Assembly (NCBI RefSeq): GCF_001194135.2
Contig: NC_069004.1
Coordinates: forward strand, 29,992,967-30,037,882
DNA: 44,916 nucleotides
From: Octopus bimaculoides
Taxonomy: Eukaryota
Direction of reading: 5' to 3'
In this document: positions 12,690 through 25,800 of the stretch, piece by piece
Layout: each line of letters starts with the position of its first letter
Position numbering within the stretch: the stretch's first letter is position 1
Position numbers and translations under genes: made by a program
Notes under the pieces: model-generated
What the model saw: only the letters and a program-made list of their open reading frames with translations
Database searches by the model: none
Told to the model about the DNA's origin: nothing

Positions 12690-13176
12690 GGCTTCAAAGT
12701 TTGGTACAAGGCCAGTAATTTGAGGGGAGGGGTAAGTCGATTACATCGACCCCAGTACTCAACTGGTACCTATTTTATTGACCTAGAAAGGAATGTAAGC
12801 TCTCAGTGAAATTTGAACTCAGAACATAAAGATAGACAAAAAGGCTAAATAACAGAAGTAATCGTTTCTAATTTCTCTAGAAGCCAGCAATCCCAAGGGG
12901 AGATTTGTTGAACCCAGTACTTGATTAATGATATATTTTTATCAACCCCGCAAAAGAAAATAAAAGGCAAAGTTGATCCCAAAGGGATTTGAACTTAGAA
13001 AACTAAGCCTTAAAAAATGGTGCCCGGCATTTTGTGCAAGATGTTATTGATTTTGCCAGCTTGCTGTTTTGGTGGTAATAATAATAATAATAATAATAAT
13101 GATGATGATGATGATGATGAGGAGGAGGAGGAGGATGATGAGGATGATGATGATGAGGATGATGATGATGAGGATG

Positions 13177-13212
<36 letters not shown>

Positions 13213-13332
13213 TGCAAGAATTCTCTGCAGGGTTCTTGAACCATGACCAGTAAAAGAAGTGTCACCTTAGTCTGCTGGCTGTGGACAGCAGACATTTTCC
13301 ATCATACTCAGCAAAATGAGCTGTGAGTTTTC

Positions 13333-13390
<58 letters not shown>

Positions 13391-13663
13391 CATAATAATA
13401 ATAATAATCATAATAATAATAATGATGATAATGATAATAATAAGGCACAAGGCCCGAAATTTTGTGGGAGGAGGCCAGTCGATTAGATCGACCCCAGTAT
13501 GCAACTGGTATGTACTTCATCAGCCCTGAAAGGATGAAAGGCAAAGTCGACTTCAGCAGAATTAGAACTCAGAACATAGCGACAGACAAAATACCGCTAG
13601 GCATTCCGTCCTGCCTGCTAACGATTCTGCCAGCTCATTACCTTAACAATAACAACAATAGTA

Positions 13664-13695
<32 letters not shown>

Positions 13696-14655
13696 CCTCC
13701 TTTCTACTAAAGACACTAGGCCTGAAATTTGGCGGGAAGGTACAAGTCGATTACATTGACCCCAGTATTTCACTGGTACTTATTTTATTGACCTCGAAAC
13801 GATGAAAGGCAAAGTTAACCTCGGCAGAATTTGAACTCTGATCGTAAAGACAGACCTGTAAGCATTTTGCTCGGCTTGCTAGCAATTCTGCCAGCCCATA
13901 ATGGTGCTTGGGTGTTGAGTATTTACCACGGTACTTAACATCGAGGTACCAAGTCTTATAATTTGTGGAAAAAGACTCTGAGAGGCCCCGTGAGACCTTT
14001 GACAGCAGGTTGCTGTCTGCTCTCACAGAATCAACCCGAGCAAGTGAGAGCAAGAGCTCTGAGAAGTAAAATATAATGGTTTCAAATTTTGGCACAGGGC
14101 CTGCAATTTTGGGAGCAGGTATGAGTCGATTACCTCAACCCCATTACTCAACTGGTATTTATTTCATCGACCCCAAAAGGATGAATGGTAAATTCAACCT
14201 TGGCAGCAATAGAACTCAGAGCATAAAGGTGGATGAAATGTCATTAAGCATTCTGCTTGATATATTAATAATACTGCCAATAATAATAATAAGAACAAGA
14301 GCACTCAGAGAGTGCAAACCTCCACCAAGGCAACATCAACATCCTCTCAACAATTAGCCAGAGATTATTTTTAAAATGAGAATATCTGAAATAAACTCAA
14401 CTGCTCTCACAAACGAGAATACTAAAAAGGAACCTGACCGCTCTCAAAATTTAAGTAAAAAAAACAGGAAAAATAATCCAGAATCCTTGTCCCTTACCGG
14501 ATCGATCCCAAAATCTAATCAGTTTGTGCCAGTCACAAGGCCAAACATCCCTGAAAGTTCCATCCGAATCCATGCAGTGGTTCTTGAGATATCTTGTCCA
14601 CGGACAAACAAACAAACACGACTGAAAACAATACCTCCGCCTTCGCTAAGGCAGA

Positions 14656-14696
<41 letters not shown>

Positions 14697-14911
14697 TAAT
14701 AATAATAATAATCCTTTCTACTAAAAGCACAAGGCCTGAAATTTGGTGGGAGGGAACTAGTTGATGACATCAACCCCAGTGTTTCGCTGGTACTTAATTT
14801 ATTGACCCTGAAAGGATGAAATGCAAAGTCGACCTTAGTGGAATTTGAACTCAAAATGTGCAGACAGATAAAATGCTGTCAAGAATTTTGCCCAGTGTGC
14901 TAATGATTCTT

Positions 14912-14947
<36 letters not shown>

Positions 14948-15210
14948 GTACAATAATAATAAAGATAATAATAGTAATAATAATAATAATCATAATAATA
15001 ATGTTTACAGCTTAGGTATAAGACCAGCAATTCTGAGGGAAAGTGATGAATTGGTTCCATTAACCCTAGTATTTGACTGGTATTTTGTTCTCTTGACCCT
15101 GGAGGGTGCTGAAAGGCTGAGTTTGACCATGGTGAAATCTGATCCCAGAATGAAAAAGAGTTGAAAGAAATAAGCATTAAGTATTCTGTTCAATACTCTG
15201 ACAATTTTGT
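12690..15210 (-). mobile_element. Chain of about seven family B SINEs, all on the minus strand, separated by (TAA)n/(GAT)n
   Basis: Recurrent cacaaggcc...cgaccccagta...aaggatgaaaggcaaagtcgac...atttgaactcagaac...ctgccag blocks near 12690, 12880, 13445, 13715, 14085, 14715 and 15015. Confidence 0.8.
14295..14660 (-). mobile_element. Non-autonomous Helentron-associated (HINE/DINE-1-like) element, copy 1
   Basis: On the minus strand: 5' hairpin ttACCTC(T)GCCtt-agcg-aaGGCGGAGGT, (GTTT)n microsatellite, core, 3' sub-terminal inverted repeat GG(T)GGAGGT, then stem-loop GCACTC-tct-GAGTGC. Sits in (TAA)n. A second copy is at 23842. Confidence 0.65.
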
Positions 15211-15660
15211 CCACCACCACCACCACAACCACCACCACCACCACCAGCAACAACAACAACAACAATGATGATGATGATAGTTATAATAATTTCTTTATTT
15301 GCCCCGAGGTCAAAAAATGGTGGTTGCCATGGTGATGAGTATGAGGATGAGGAAGAGGAACAGGATTATAATGATGATGGTTGTGTTTGTGTTGGTAGTG
15401 GTTAGAGTGATGGTCATGATGATGATGATAATGATGGTGATGATGATGATGATGATGGTTGTGAAGGTAGTGGTCGTGCTCCTGATAATGAGGATGAGGC
15501 TGACGTCGACGACGATGATGATAATGGTTGTGATGATGATAATGGTGGTGATGATGATGGTGGTGGTGGTGGTGGTAGTGGTGGTGGTGGTAGTACAGCA
15601 GTGGTGATAATGCTGGTCATGATGATGATGATGATGACGATGATGATGATGACTGTTTCT
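15210..15660. repeat. Compound trinucleotide (CAC/GAT/GGT)n tract. Similar (GAT)/(TAA) tracts at about 4270-4370, 4925-4990, 12600-12670, 13075-13210, 13330-13440 and 16850-17095
   Basis: Direct reading; source of poly-M/D/I/V ORFs. Confidence 0.95.
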
Positions 15661-16102
15661 GATCTGTGCACAAGGCCAGTAGTTTTGAGGGACAGCAGAT
15701 TAGTGGATATCATCAACCTCAGTACATAGCTGGTATTTTATTTTATTGTTAAGAGTGTTAGACAAAATGCCTAACAAATATTCTCTTACAATGTTTTATT
15801 GTGTTGCAGTCGACCTCACCTTTCACCCCCACCTACTGGGGGGGGGGNNNNNNNNNNNNNNNNNNNNNNNNNNNNNNNNNNNNNNNNNNNNNNNNNNNNN
15901 NNNNNNNNNNNNNNNNNNNNNNNNNNNNNNNNNNNNNNNNNNNNNNNNNNNNNNNNNNNNNNNNNNNNNNNGGGGGGGGGGGGTCGATAAAATAAGGTAC
16001 CAGTAAAATACTAGGGACAACTTAATTGACTAAGATTGCTGGTTTTGTGCCTAAATCAGAATCATTTATTATTATTATAAGAAATCATTATATCAAATAA
16101 AC

Positions 16103-16150
<48 letters not shown>

Positions 16151-16867
16151 GGCAGTGGGCTGGCAGCTGGACAAAATGCTTAGCAGTATTTTGTCTGCCA
16201 TTACGTTCTGAGTTCAAATTCCACCGAGGTCGACTTTGCCTTTCAGCTTTTTGGGGTCGGTAAATTAAGTCCCAGTTGTATGTATGTATGTATGTATGTA
16301 TGTATGTATGTATGTGTGTGTGTGTTTATGTGTATGTATGTGTATTTTTCTGTGTATCAACACAGTGATACCATTTGAACAACAGCGGAGACATTTGTTT
16401 GAATTCTTCTGTTAACAAAATGTCCAGTAACTCGTTGGTTTCGATGTTTGAAGACGAGTGGAATAAAGAAATTAGTTTAACTGGATAAAAAATAAATAAA
16501 TAAATAAATAAATAAATAAAGAGTGAGTGTTAGTGACAGGAAGAGCATCCAGTCATTGAATGCTGTTGCCTTGAGAAGTTTTGAGCGCAGCCCCCCCCCC
16601 NNNNNNNNNNACGTTGCTTGTATGGAAAAAATAAAGGTAAACATATAATCATATTTGGTATTGACATCATTGTTATTGTTTCTGTCACCCTCCTTCTCCT
16701 TCTCCTCCCCTTCCTTATCCTCCTCCTCTTCATCATCATCATCACTGCCATCTTCATTATGCTGATTGTAATGATGGTGGTTGATATTTTATTTTTCACT
16801 GGAAGACAATATGCCATGATTTAAACCAGTCAGCAGCCAATGCTTCTGCTGCTACTGCTGCTGCTGC

Positions 16868-16912
<45 letters not shown>

Positions 16913-17940
16913 TTACCACCACTACTGCTACTGCTGCTGTTGCTTTCTATGATAACTTCATTAAACACCGAAACTAACGAGATATTGTTATCAAAGCCTA
17001 ATGAATGACGATAATGATGACAATGACGACAATGATGATGACAATGACAAAGATGAAGGCGACGACGATGATGATGATGATGACAATGATGATGNNNNNN
17101 NNNNNNNNNNNNNNNNNNNNNNNNNNNNNNNNNNNNNNNNNNNNNNNNNNNNNNNNNNNNNNNNNNNNNNNNNNNNNNNNNNNNNNNNNNNNNNNNNNNN
17201 NNNNNNNNNNNNNNNNNNNNNNNNNNNNNNNNNNNNNNNNNNNNNNNNNNNNNNNNNNNNNNNNNNNNNNNNNNNNNNNNNNNNNNNNNNNNNNNNNNNN
17301 NNNNNNNNNNNNNNNNNNNNNNNNNNNNNNNNNNNNNNNNNNNNNNNNNNNNNNNNNNNNNNNNNNNNNNNNNNNNNNNNNNNNNNNNNNNNNNNNNNNN
17401 NNNNNNNNNNNNNNNNNNNNNNNNNNNNNNNNNNNNNNNNNNNNNNNNNNNNNNNNNNNNNNNNNNNNNNNNNNNNNNNNNNNNNNNNNNNNNNNNNNNN
17501 NNNNNNNNNNNNNNNNNNNNNNNNNNNNNNNNNNNNNNNNNNNNNNNNNNNNNNNNNNNNNNNNNNNNNNNNNNNNNNNNNNNNNNNNNNNNNNNNNNNN
17601 NNNNNNNNNNNNNNNNNNNNNNNNNNNNNNNNNNNNNNNNNNNNNNNNNNNNNNNNNNNNNNNNNNNNNNNNNNNNNNNNNNNNNNNNNNNNNNNNNNNN
17701 NNNNNNNNNNNNNNNNNNNNNNNNNNNNNNNNNNNNNNNNNNNNNNNNNNNNNNNNNNNNNNNNNNNNNNNNNNNNNNNNNNNNNNNNNNNNNNNNNNNN
17801 NNNNNNNNNNNNNNNNNNNNNNNNNNNNNNNNNNNNNNNNNNNNNNNNNNNNNNNNNNNNNNNNNNNNNNNNNNNNNNNNNNNNNNNNNNNNNNNNNNNN
17901 NNNNNNNNNNNNNNNNNNNNNNNNNNNNNNNNNNNNNNNN

Positions 17941-17981
<41 letters not shown>

Positions 17982-18588
17982 TTCTAGAAGAGTTGGCAAT
18001 TAAATTTTTATTGCATACTAATATATTACTATTTAAGTTTTTTTTAATGATATTAATAATATTAATAATGTTATGATTTTTACGTTTCAGACCACAAATA
18101 ATGTTGGAATTTTAATATTTTTTTCTATTTGTCTAATATAGTTATTAGCAAGGGATTATCAATCCAGACAAAATATTTCACAAGCTCTCTGTTTGGCACA
18201 GCAGGCTAACATTATAGTTTAGATTAGTAAAGATTATTCCGCTTATTCTTGTGGCAGGGTCAGGGGTTATAGTTCATCACCATTCTATAGTGTAAACCCA
18301 TGGTTGTGCTGCAGTTATACTAGTTTTTACACAGTGTGGATATATGTACAAGGCAAGGCATATATACAATGGTCGTTGCATATTTTTCTTTATTGCAAAA
18401 ATGACTCCGATGAAAGTAGCATTGACTTTGTAGGTCGTTCAAGCTTTCTCAACCGATCAATGGACCAATTCAGTAAGCATATCAATAACCAATAACGAAT
18501 TTATAATGACTTCTGGAAACAGCTGCAAGTCAAACTTATTGCAAAAAAGGAAAATATGCAATGACCATTATTTACACCTTGTCTTGTA

Positions 18589-18653
<65 letters not shown>

Positions 18654-18736
18654 CTATCTATATCCGCTGCTGAGAACTTCGCCTTGTAAATTATTTTATT
18701 TGCTAATTAAAGTTTGTAAAACCCTCAGCAATGATG

Positions 18737-18768
<32 letters not shown>

Positions 18769-19010
18769 GATGATGATTGTGGTGATGATGATGATGATGA
18801 GGAGGAGGAGGAGGAGGATTTTTAAAATAGAAGCTTTGATGTTAAGGAACCAGAAATAGTCCCAGGTGGGTTCGTATCAAAAGGGTTAACAAAGTGAGCA
18901 GCATTAAAAATCTAATTAGAATCAATTTTAATTTATAACCAACAATAATTACTTCTGCTTCTCCTCCTCCAAAACATCTGGTAGCAGCAATTCTGTGTCT
19001 CAATCTCAAA

Positions 19011-19041
<31 letters not shown>

Positions 19042-19344
19042 TTCTTTATCATCTTCGTTCAATTCTGTTTCCATTTCTTGCCGAGTGTCTTCCAGACACC
19101 TAGGGCAGAGAAACGCACTGTATACAATGGTAGGCCATTAAAATAAACACACCAAATTGTCCATTTACAAAGTCATGTGATAGAGAAAAAGGGGAAGAAA
19201 GATTGAGAGAAAAAATACAAAAAATAAAAAGTAAACGAAGAAAATAAAAGGGACAAAAGGGAAGAAATTTCCCAGCGATAATGCTCTTCTCATGTGACTT
19301 ACCAGTTAAGACAATCTTCATCATCATCATCATCATCATGTAAT

Positions 19345-19755
19345 TGGCAAGCTGGCAGAATCGTTAGCACGCTGTACGAATTGCTTCGCGGTATTCTGCT
19401 TGTCGCTCCATTCTGAGTTCAAAATCCACAGAGTTCGACTTTGCCTTTCATCCTTTCAAGGTCGATAAATTAAGTACCAGTTGCATACTGGGGTTGATCT
19501 AATCGACTGGCCTCTTCCCCAATATTTCAGGCCTTGTGCCTATAGCAGAAAGGATTATTATTGTTATTATTATTATTATCATCACCATCATTTCGTCTCC
19601 ATCTTCACTATGTTCTGAGTTCAAATTCCACCAAGGTCAGTTCTGCCTTTCATTCTTTCTGGGTCGATTAGAATAAGTACCAGTTAAGCACTGGGGTCAA
19701 TGTAATCAACTTACCCCCACCCCTCAAATTTGCTGGCCTCGTGCCAAAATTTGAA
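19345..19755 (+). mobile_element. Two tandem family B SINEs
   Basis: gctggcagaatcgttagcacg... to ggccttgtgcc, then a second truncated copy to gtgccaaaatttgaaa. Confidence 0.8.
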
Positions 19756-20319
19756 ATCATCATCATCATTATCATTACTATTATCATTATTATTATTATT
19801 ATTATAGTTGTTGTTGTTGTTAGTGTTAAGGTTAGTGTTATTGTTAGCATTAGAAGAATTTTACTGTTGAAAACTGTGTCTTTGGATCTCACCTGCACCA
19901 TAGTCCTGTCACATAAATTTCTTGTTTAAAACAACCTCAAAGTATTAGGGGGTTTTGTAGAGCAAAAAAAAACAGGGACAAAAGGGAAGAAATTTCCCAG
20001 CGATAATGCTCTCTCTCTCTCTCTCTCCATCTATCTATCTATCTCCCGCCCTCTCTCCAGAATATGAAAACATCATTATTATTATTATTATTATTGCATG
20101 TGAAAATTGGTAATGAAGTCAACCAATCTAGACAACAGCTAGTAAACTGGAGTAAATTAATGCTCATGCGCATGTATGTGTCTGTCTGTCTGTCTGTCTG
20201 TGTCTGTGTATACACATACACATTCAAACATATATCATTTATATAATATGTAATATATACACCATATATATTTGCATATGTACATACACATACGCATATA
20301 TATATACATAAATATATAC

Positions 20320-20358
<39 letters not shown>

Positions 20359-20385
20359 CACACAAACATACATTAATACATACAA

Positions 20386-20421
<36 letters not shown>

Positions 20422-20993
20422 GTACATTTCAGGCATGTGCCATCAGTAATTATTGAGAGTAGTAATCTTTATGTAGTAAAACACACAAAAAAATAAGTGA
20501 AACACAGGTGTGCGACTGAGTTGGAGGCATATTTACTTCTGCCTTTATAGCACATAAAGAAAACGGTGTTGTAGGAGTGCACACAGTCCGTGTAGTACAG
20601 CAGTGTTATGCATAGCTTTAATACTAAGACTGTAAAACTGGGGCGAATTATGCCAAACTAATCCCCAAAAAACTAAAATATTTTGCATAGTAATCAAAGT
20701 AACCTTCATAATTTTATTGAATTAAGTGCATATTTTGCCATAGAAAGAAAATGTTGCTATTAATCACATTGTTTACATAGGCGTGTTCATATGTGAAACA
20801 TTGTAACCTTCAGCACTGGCTCTGAATTCTGTATCTGTAAAAGTAACTTAGATTTGATGAAATCCCTCAACTAACACATAAAGTAGGACAAAATTTTGAC
20901 TAACAAACCTTCAATATACTTGGTAATATGTTATGATTCCGAAATGAAATGTGGTTTCCCTACCATCAATTTATTATGTGTATGTGTGTGTGT

Positions 20994-21036
<43 letters not shown>

Positions 21037-21701
21037 CATACACATAAACACACACACATATATATATATGTAAATATTACATATAAAAACAAGTTAGGTA
21101 ACTTTTGGCTGTGAAAAAACATTTTTAAAAAAACATTTTTTTCTAGAGACAATTAGACCAGATGTTCAACAATGTTATTATTATATCATTATTGTTATTA
21201 TTATTATGATTATAATTATTATTATTAAAATGTTACAAAATCCTATTATTTAGAGAAAAAAATTTTTTCTCTTTTNNNNNNNNNNNNNNNNNNNNNNNNN
21301 NNNNNNNNNNNNNNNNNNNNNNNNNNNNNNNNNNNNNNNNNNNNNNNNNNNNNNNNNNNNNNNNNNNNNNNNNNNNNNNNNNNNNNNNNNNNNNNNNNNN
21401 NNNNNNNNNNNNNNNNNNNNNNNNNNNNNNNNNNNNNNNNNNNNNNNNNNNNNNNNNNNNNNNNNNNNNNNNNNNNNNNNNNNNNNNNNNNNNNNNNNNN
21501 NNNNNNNNNNNNNNNNNNNNNNNNNNNNNNNNNNNNNNNNNNNNNNNNNNNNNNNNNNNNNNNNNNNNNNNNNNNNNNNNNNNNNNNNNNNNNNNNNNNN
21601 NNNNNNNNNNNNNNNNNNNNNNNNNNNNNNNNNNNNNNNNNNNNNNNNNNNNNNNNNNNNNNNNNNNNNNNNNNNNNNNNNNNNNNNNNNNNNNNNNNNN
21701 N

Positions 21702-21768
<67 letters not shown>

Positions 21769-21986
21769 TATATGTATGTATGTATCTATGTATAGGTATA
21801 CATATATTTATGTAAATATATATATACACACACATACAAAAACACAGACACATACATATATACACACATATATATATATACATGTGTGTGTATATGTATA
21901 TATATGTATATATATATATACATGTATATATACATATTTGTATAAATATATATATGTGTGTGCATATATGTACATACGTATGTATG

Positions 21987-22025
<39 letters not shown>

Positions 22026-23360
22026 NNNNNNNNNNNNNNNNNNNNNNNNNNNNNNNNNNNNNNNNNNNNNNNNNNNNNNNNNNNNNNNNNNNNNNNNNNN
22101 NNNNNNNNNNNNNNNNNNNNNNNNNNNNNNNNNNNNNNNNNNNNNNNNNNNNNNNNNNNNNNNNNNNNNNNNNNNNNNNNNNNNNNNNNNNNNNNNNNNN
22201 NNNNNNNNNNNNNNNNNNNNNNNNNNNNNNNNNNNNNNNNNNNNNNNNNNNNNNNNNNNNNNNNNNNNNNNNNNNNNNNNNNNNNNNNNNNNNNNNNNNN
22301 NNNNNNNNNNNNNNNNNNNNNNNNNNNNNNNNNNNNNNNNNNNNNNNNNNNNNNNNNNNNNNNNNNNNNNNNNNNNNNNNNNNNNNNNNNNNNNNNNNNN
22401 NNNNNNNNNNNNNNNNNNNNNNNNNNNNNNNNNNNNNNNNNNNNNNNNNNNNNNNNNNNNNNNNNNNNNNNNNNNNNNNNNNNNNNNNNNNNNNNNNNNN
22501 NNNNNNNNNNNNNNNNNNNNNNNNNNNNNNNNNNNNNNNNNNNNNNNNNNNNNNNNNNNNNNNNNNNNNNNNNNNNNNNNNNNNNNNNNNNNNNNNNNNN
22601 NNNNNNNNNNNNNNNNNNNNNNNNNNNNNNNNNNNNNNNNNNNNNNNNNNNNNNNNNNNNNNNNNNNNNNNNNNNNNNNNNNNNNNNNNNNNNNNNNNNN
22701 NNNNNNNNNNNNNNNNNNNNNNNNNNNNNNNNNNNNNNNNNNNNNNNNNNNNNNNNNNNNNNNNNNNNNNNNNNNNNNNNNNNNNNNNNNNNNNNNNNNN
22801 NNNNNNNNNNNNNNNNNNNNNNNNNNNNNNNNNNNNNNNNNNNNNNNNNNNNNNNNNNNNNATTGTTTTTTAATCTATAAAAAAAGAAACGAGAATATTT
22901 CTAATGATTTTGTCTCTCTCTCTTCTCAACAGAGAAAAAGAAAAGGTCATCCTAATGAAACCTAGTTTATCTCCCTTTAAAACCTCTTCAAACATTCTTC
23001 ATCTGTGAATAATTTCTGTTTGTGCACGATATCCAACCATCGTAAAAATTGTTACATACACTGTTTTTTTTTTAGCTTGTTTTCTTCTCTGTTACTTTTT
23101 TTTACGTTAATCGTTTCTTATTTTTTTTTTTTTGTTGTTCCTTGTGTTTAAACAATAAATAATTGTCATCAATCATTATGCAAACTTTGTCCTTCTTATT
23201 CATTTTTATTGCTCAACCAACCTTGCCAGACAACCTTAAGAGGAATTTTTTCTATGCAACAGTACAATCAGTCCTTTTATATGGAACAACAGCCTGGATA
23301 CTTACCAAAAAACTGGAATCCAAATGAGATGGAACTGACACTCAACTGTTAAGAGCAGTT

Positions 23361-23448
23361 TTAACCCTTTAGCATTCAAATTCTTGTAAAATGTAATGCT
23401 TTTTTATTCACATTGCATTTAATTAATCATGCATTATCTCATAGCTTT
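23361..23448. mobile_element. Probable piggyBac-type MITE end (TTAA|CCCTTT). Similar ends atcaaaagggTTAA at about 18875-18889 and 27988-28003
   Basis: TTAA followed by CCCTTT is the piggyBac terminal signature; only single ends are visible. Confidence 0.35.
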
Positions 23449-23841
23449 AAGGCAGTAAGCTGGCAGAATTGTTAGCACACCAGGTGAAATGCTTAGTGGG
23501 CATTTCATCTGCTGTTATGCTCTGAGTTTATACGGAACAACAGCCTGTAGGTGATGAGTATTTTGTAGATCCCAGAAAGATGTAAGTGACCAAAATTAAA
23601 GTGGACAAAAGGAGCTTTTAACAATAATTTGTGGAGATCAAATCAGCCTGGCTTTTCATTTAATAGTCAATAATAAGCTCCCCCAACACTGCCACAAAAA
23701 AAAAAAAAGAAAAAGACAAAGATAACATCAACCTCAGTGGAATTTGAACTTAGAACATAAAGACAGAAGAAATGTCAGCAAGCATTTAGTTCAGTGCTCT
23801 AATGATTCTGCCAGATTGCCACCTTCATAATAATAATAATA

Positions 23842-24232
23842 ACAAGAGCACTCAGAGAGTGCAAACCTCCGCCAAGGCAACACCAACATCCTCTCAATGA
23901 TTAGCTGGAGATGATTTTTAAAATGAGAATATCTGAAATAAACTCAACTGCTCTCACAAACGAGAATACTAAAAATGAACCTGACCACTCTCAAAAATTA
24001 AGTTAAAAAAAAAAACAAGAAAAATAATCCAGGACTTTTGTCCGATCCCAAAATAATCCAAATCCTGGATTGATCTCAAAATCTAATCAGTTTGTGCCAG
24101 TCACGAGGCCAAACATCCCTGAAAGTTTCATCTGAATCCATCCAGCAGTTCTTGAGATATCTTGTCCATAGACAAACAAACAAACAAACACAACTGAAAA
24201 CAATACCTCTGCCTTTGTGAAGGTGGAGGCAA
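23842..24232 (-). mobile_element. HINE/DINE-1-like element, copy 2
   Basis: Colinear with 14295-14660 (acaagagcactcagagagtgcaaacctccgccaagg ... caatacctctgcctttgtgaaggtggaggcaa). Also inserted after (TAA)n. Confidence 0.65.
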
Positions 24233-24859
24233 TAGTTCTTTCAACAATAGGCACAAGGCCTGAAATTTTGGGAGAGGTGAGTCAATTACATATACTCCAG
24301 TAAACAACAGGTACTCACTTTATCGCCCCTGAAAGGATAAAAGACAAAGTTGGCCTCAGCGGCATTTGAACTCAGTACGTGAAGCCAGAAGAGATACCAC
24401 GAAATATTTTGTCCAGTGTGATAACAATTCTGCCAGCTCGCTTTATTATTAATAATAATAATCCATTCTATTACAGGCATGAGGCCTGAAATTTTGAGAG
24501 AAGGGGCTAGTCGATTACATACACCCCAGTACATAACTGGTACTTATTTTATTGACCCCAAAAGGATGAAAAACAATATCAACCTTGGTGGAATAATGTT
24601 TTCTTTTATAATAATAACAACAACAAACCAATTAAAAAATAACAAAAGTTAGCAGTATGTTTAAAAATATTTGTAATTTAATTCTGATCTATATATATAA
24701 ACATACATATGTGTGTATACACACACACACATATATATATATAAACCTACACACACAAATGTATATGGATACCATGCAAACATGCACACACGCTCATTAT
24801 CATAGCATGCATAAACACACACATACATATTACTAACAAAGACACACATTCTATGTTAA

Positions 24860-25340
24860 CAGTGCCAAAGTACATTGTTAAGGTAGCTAGGATCTGCATC
24901 CCAATGACTGGCCCGTCTCTTCAGGGGGTCAGAAGGTACTTTAGCCCCACAATGGAGTATTGCTTTCACACCTGGGATGATGATGCTACTGCACACATAG
25001 ACATCCCAGAATGCATCCCAAAAATGGTCACCTGACTGATTAGAATAAAGTCACTCAGACATTCTCCAGCTTCAGGCCCTCAAGCATGCTGTGTCCTCTC
25101 TCTCTCTCTCTCTCTCTCTGTCTTTTCTACTGTCATTACAATGGCCACTGCTCCTCAGAAATGGCTGGGTGCATGCCACTTCCAGCTACTCAGGTTTCCT
25201 GACCTACTAGCCTGTCTTCCTCACATCACCCTTGTGTCCAATCCCACCAGGATGTACCTGCACTAATCACTAAGCCCAATCTTACATTCCCAAGATATCA
25301 GCCTTCTGGTATTCTTTTCCTGCAGATCCTGAGCTCCTAT
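24860..25340 (+). mobile_element. Degenerate CR1/L2-group LINE RT C-terminal relic
   Basis: PTMEYCFHTW...ECIPKMVT*LIR and SLSVFYCHYNGHCSSEMAG resemble the RP.MEYCSH.W...RVQ..A.RLI and SLSLFYRYY.G.CS.EL motifs; stops and frameshifts present. Confidence 0.55.
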
Positions 25341-25410
25341 TACACTTAAAGCAAAACATTAACAGCATCAAACTCACTGGCCTGGGGGAGGGCCTACAAA
25401 GGATATGGGC

Positions 25411-25800
25411 ACTTCCCTTTCCGCCAGACACAGCAAGTTTTATAAAAAGAGGACATCAGATGACTTTTACTATCACATGTGTAGCAACTGGGTCTTCTGC
25501 CATCCCATTTATCTCTTTTCTTATCACACTTGTTGTGTTCAAATCCTAACGCCCTGCACTAATCACTAATCTCAGTTCTTTCCTAGAATGTCAGACCCAC
25601 AAAAGCTATGCGCACTTTTTCTTCCCCCAGACACAGCAAGTTTAAAAAAAAAGAGGACCTCAGATGACCTTTACTATCGCATGTGTAGCAGCTGAGTCTT
25701 CTGCCAACCCATTCATCTCTTTTCTTATCACACTTGTGTTCAAATCCCCAGGCCCTGCACTAATCACTAAGCTCAGTTCTTCCTTCCTAAAATGTCAGAC
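25411..25800. repeat. Diverged tandem duplication, period about 203 bp, just downstream of the TOE1 stop
   Basis: ccagacacagcaagttt at 25424 and 25627; gccctgcactaatcactaa at about 25551 and 25752, plus cctgcactaatcactaa at about 25257. Confidence 0.85.

Noticed and set aside
13017-17094. Poly-D/E, poly-M/I/V and poly-N ORFs
   Set aside because: Trinucleotide microsatellites without splice context.
18100-18560. Unique sequence with a 63-aa ORF
   Set aside because: No homology recognised; stops in the other frames; no supported exon boundaries.
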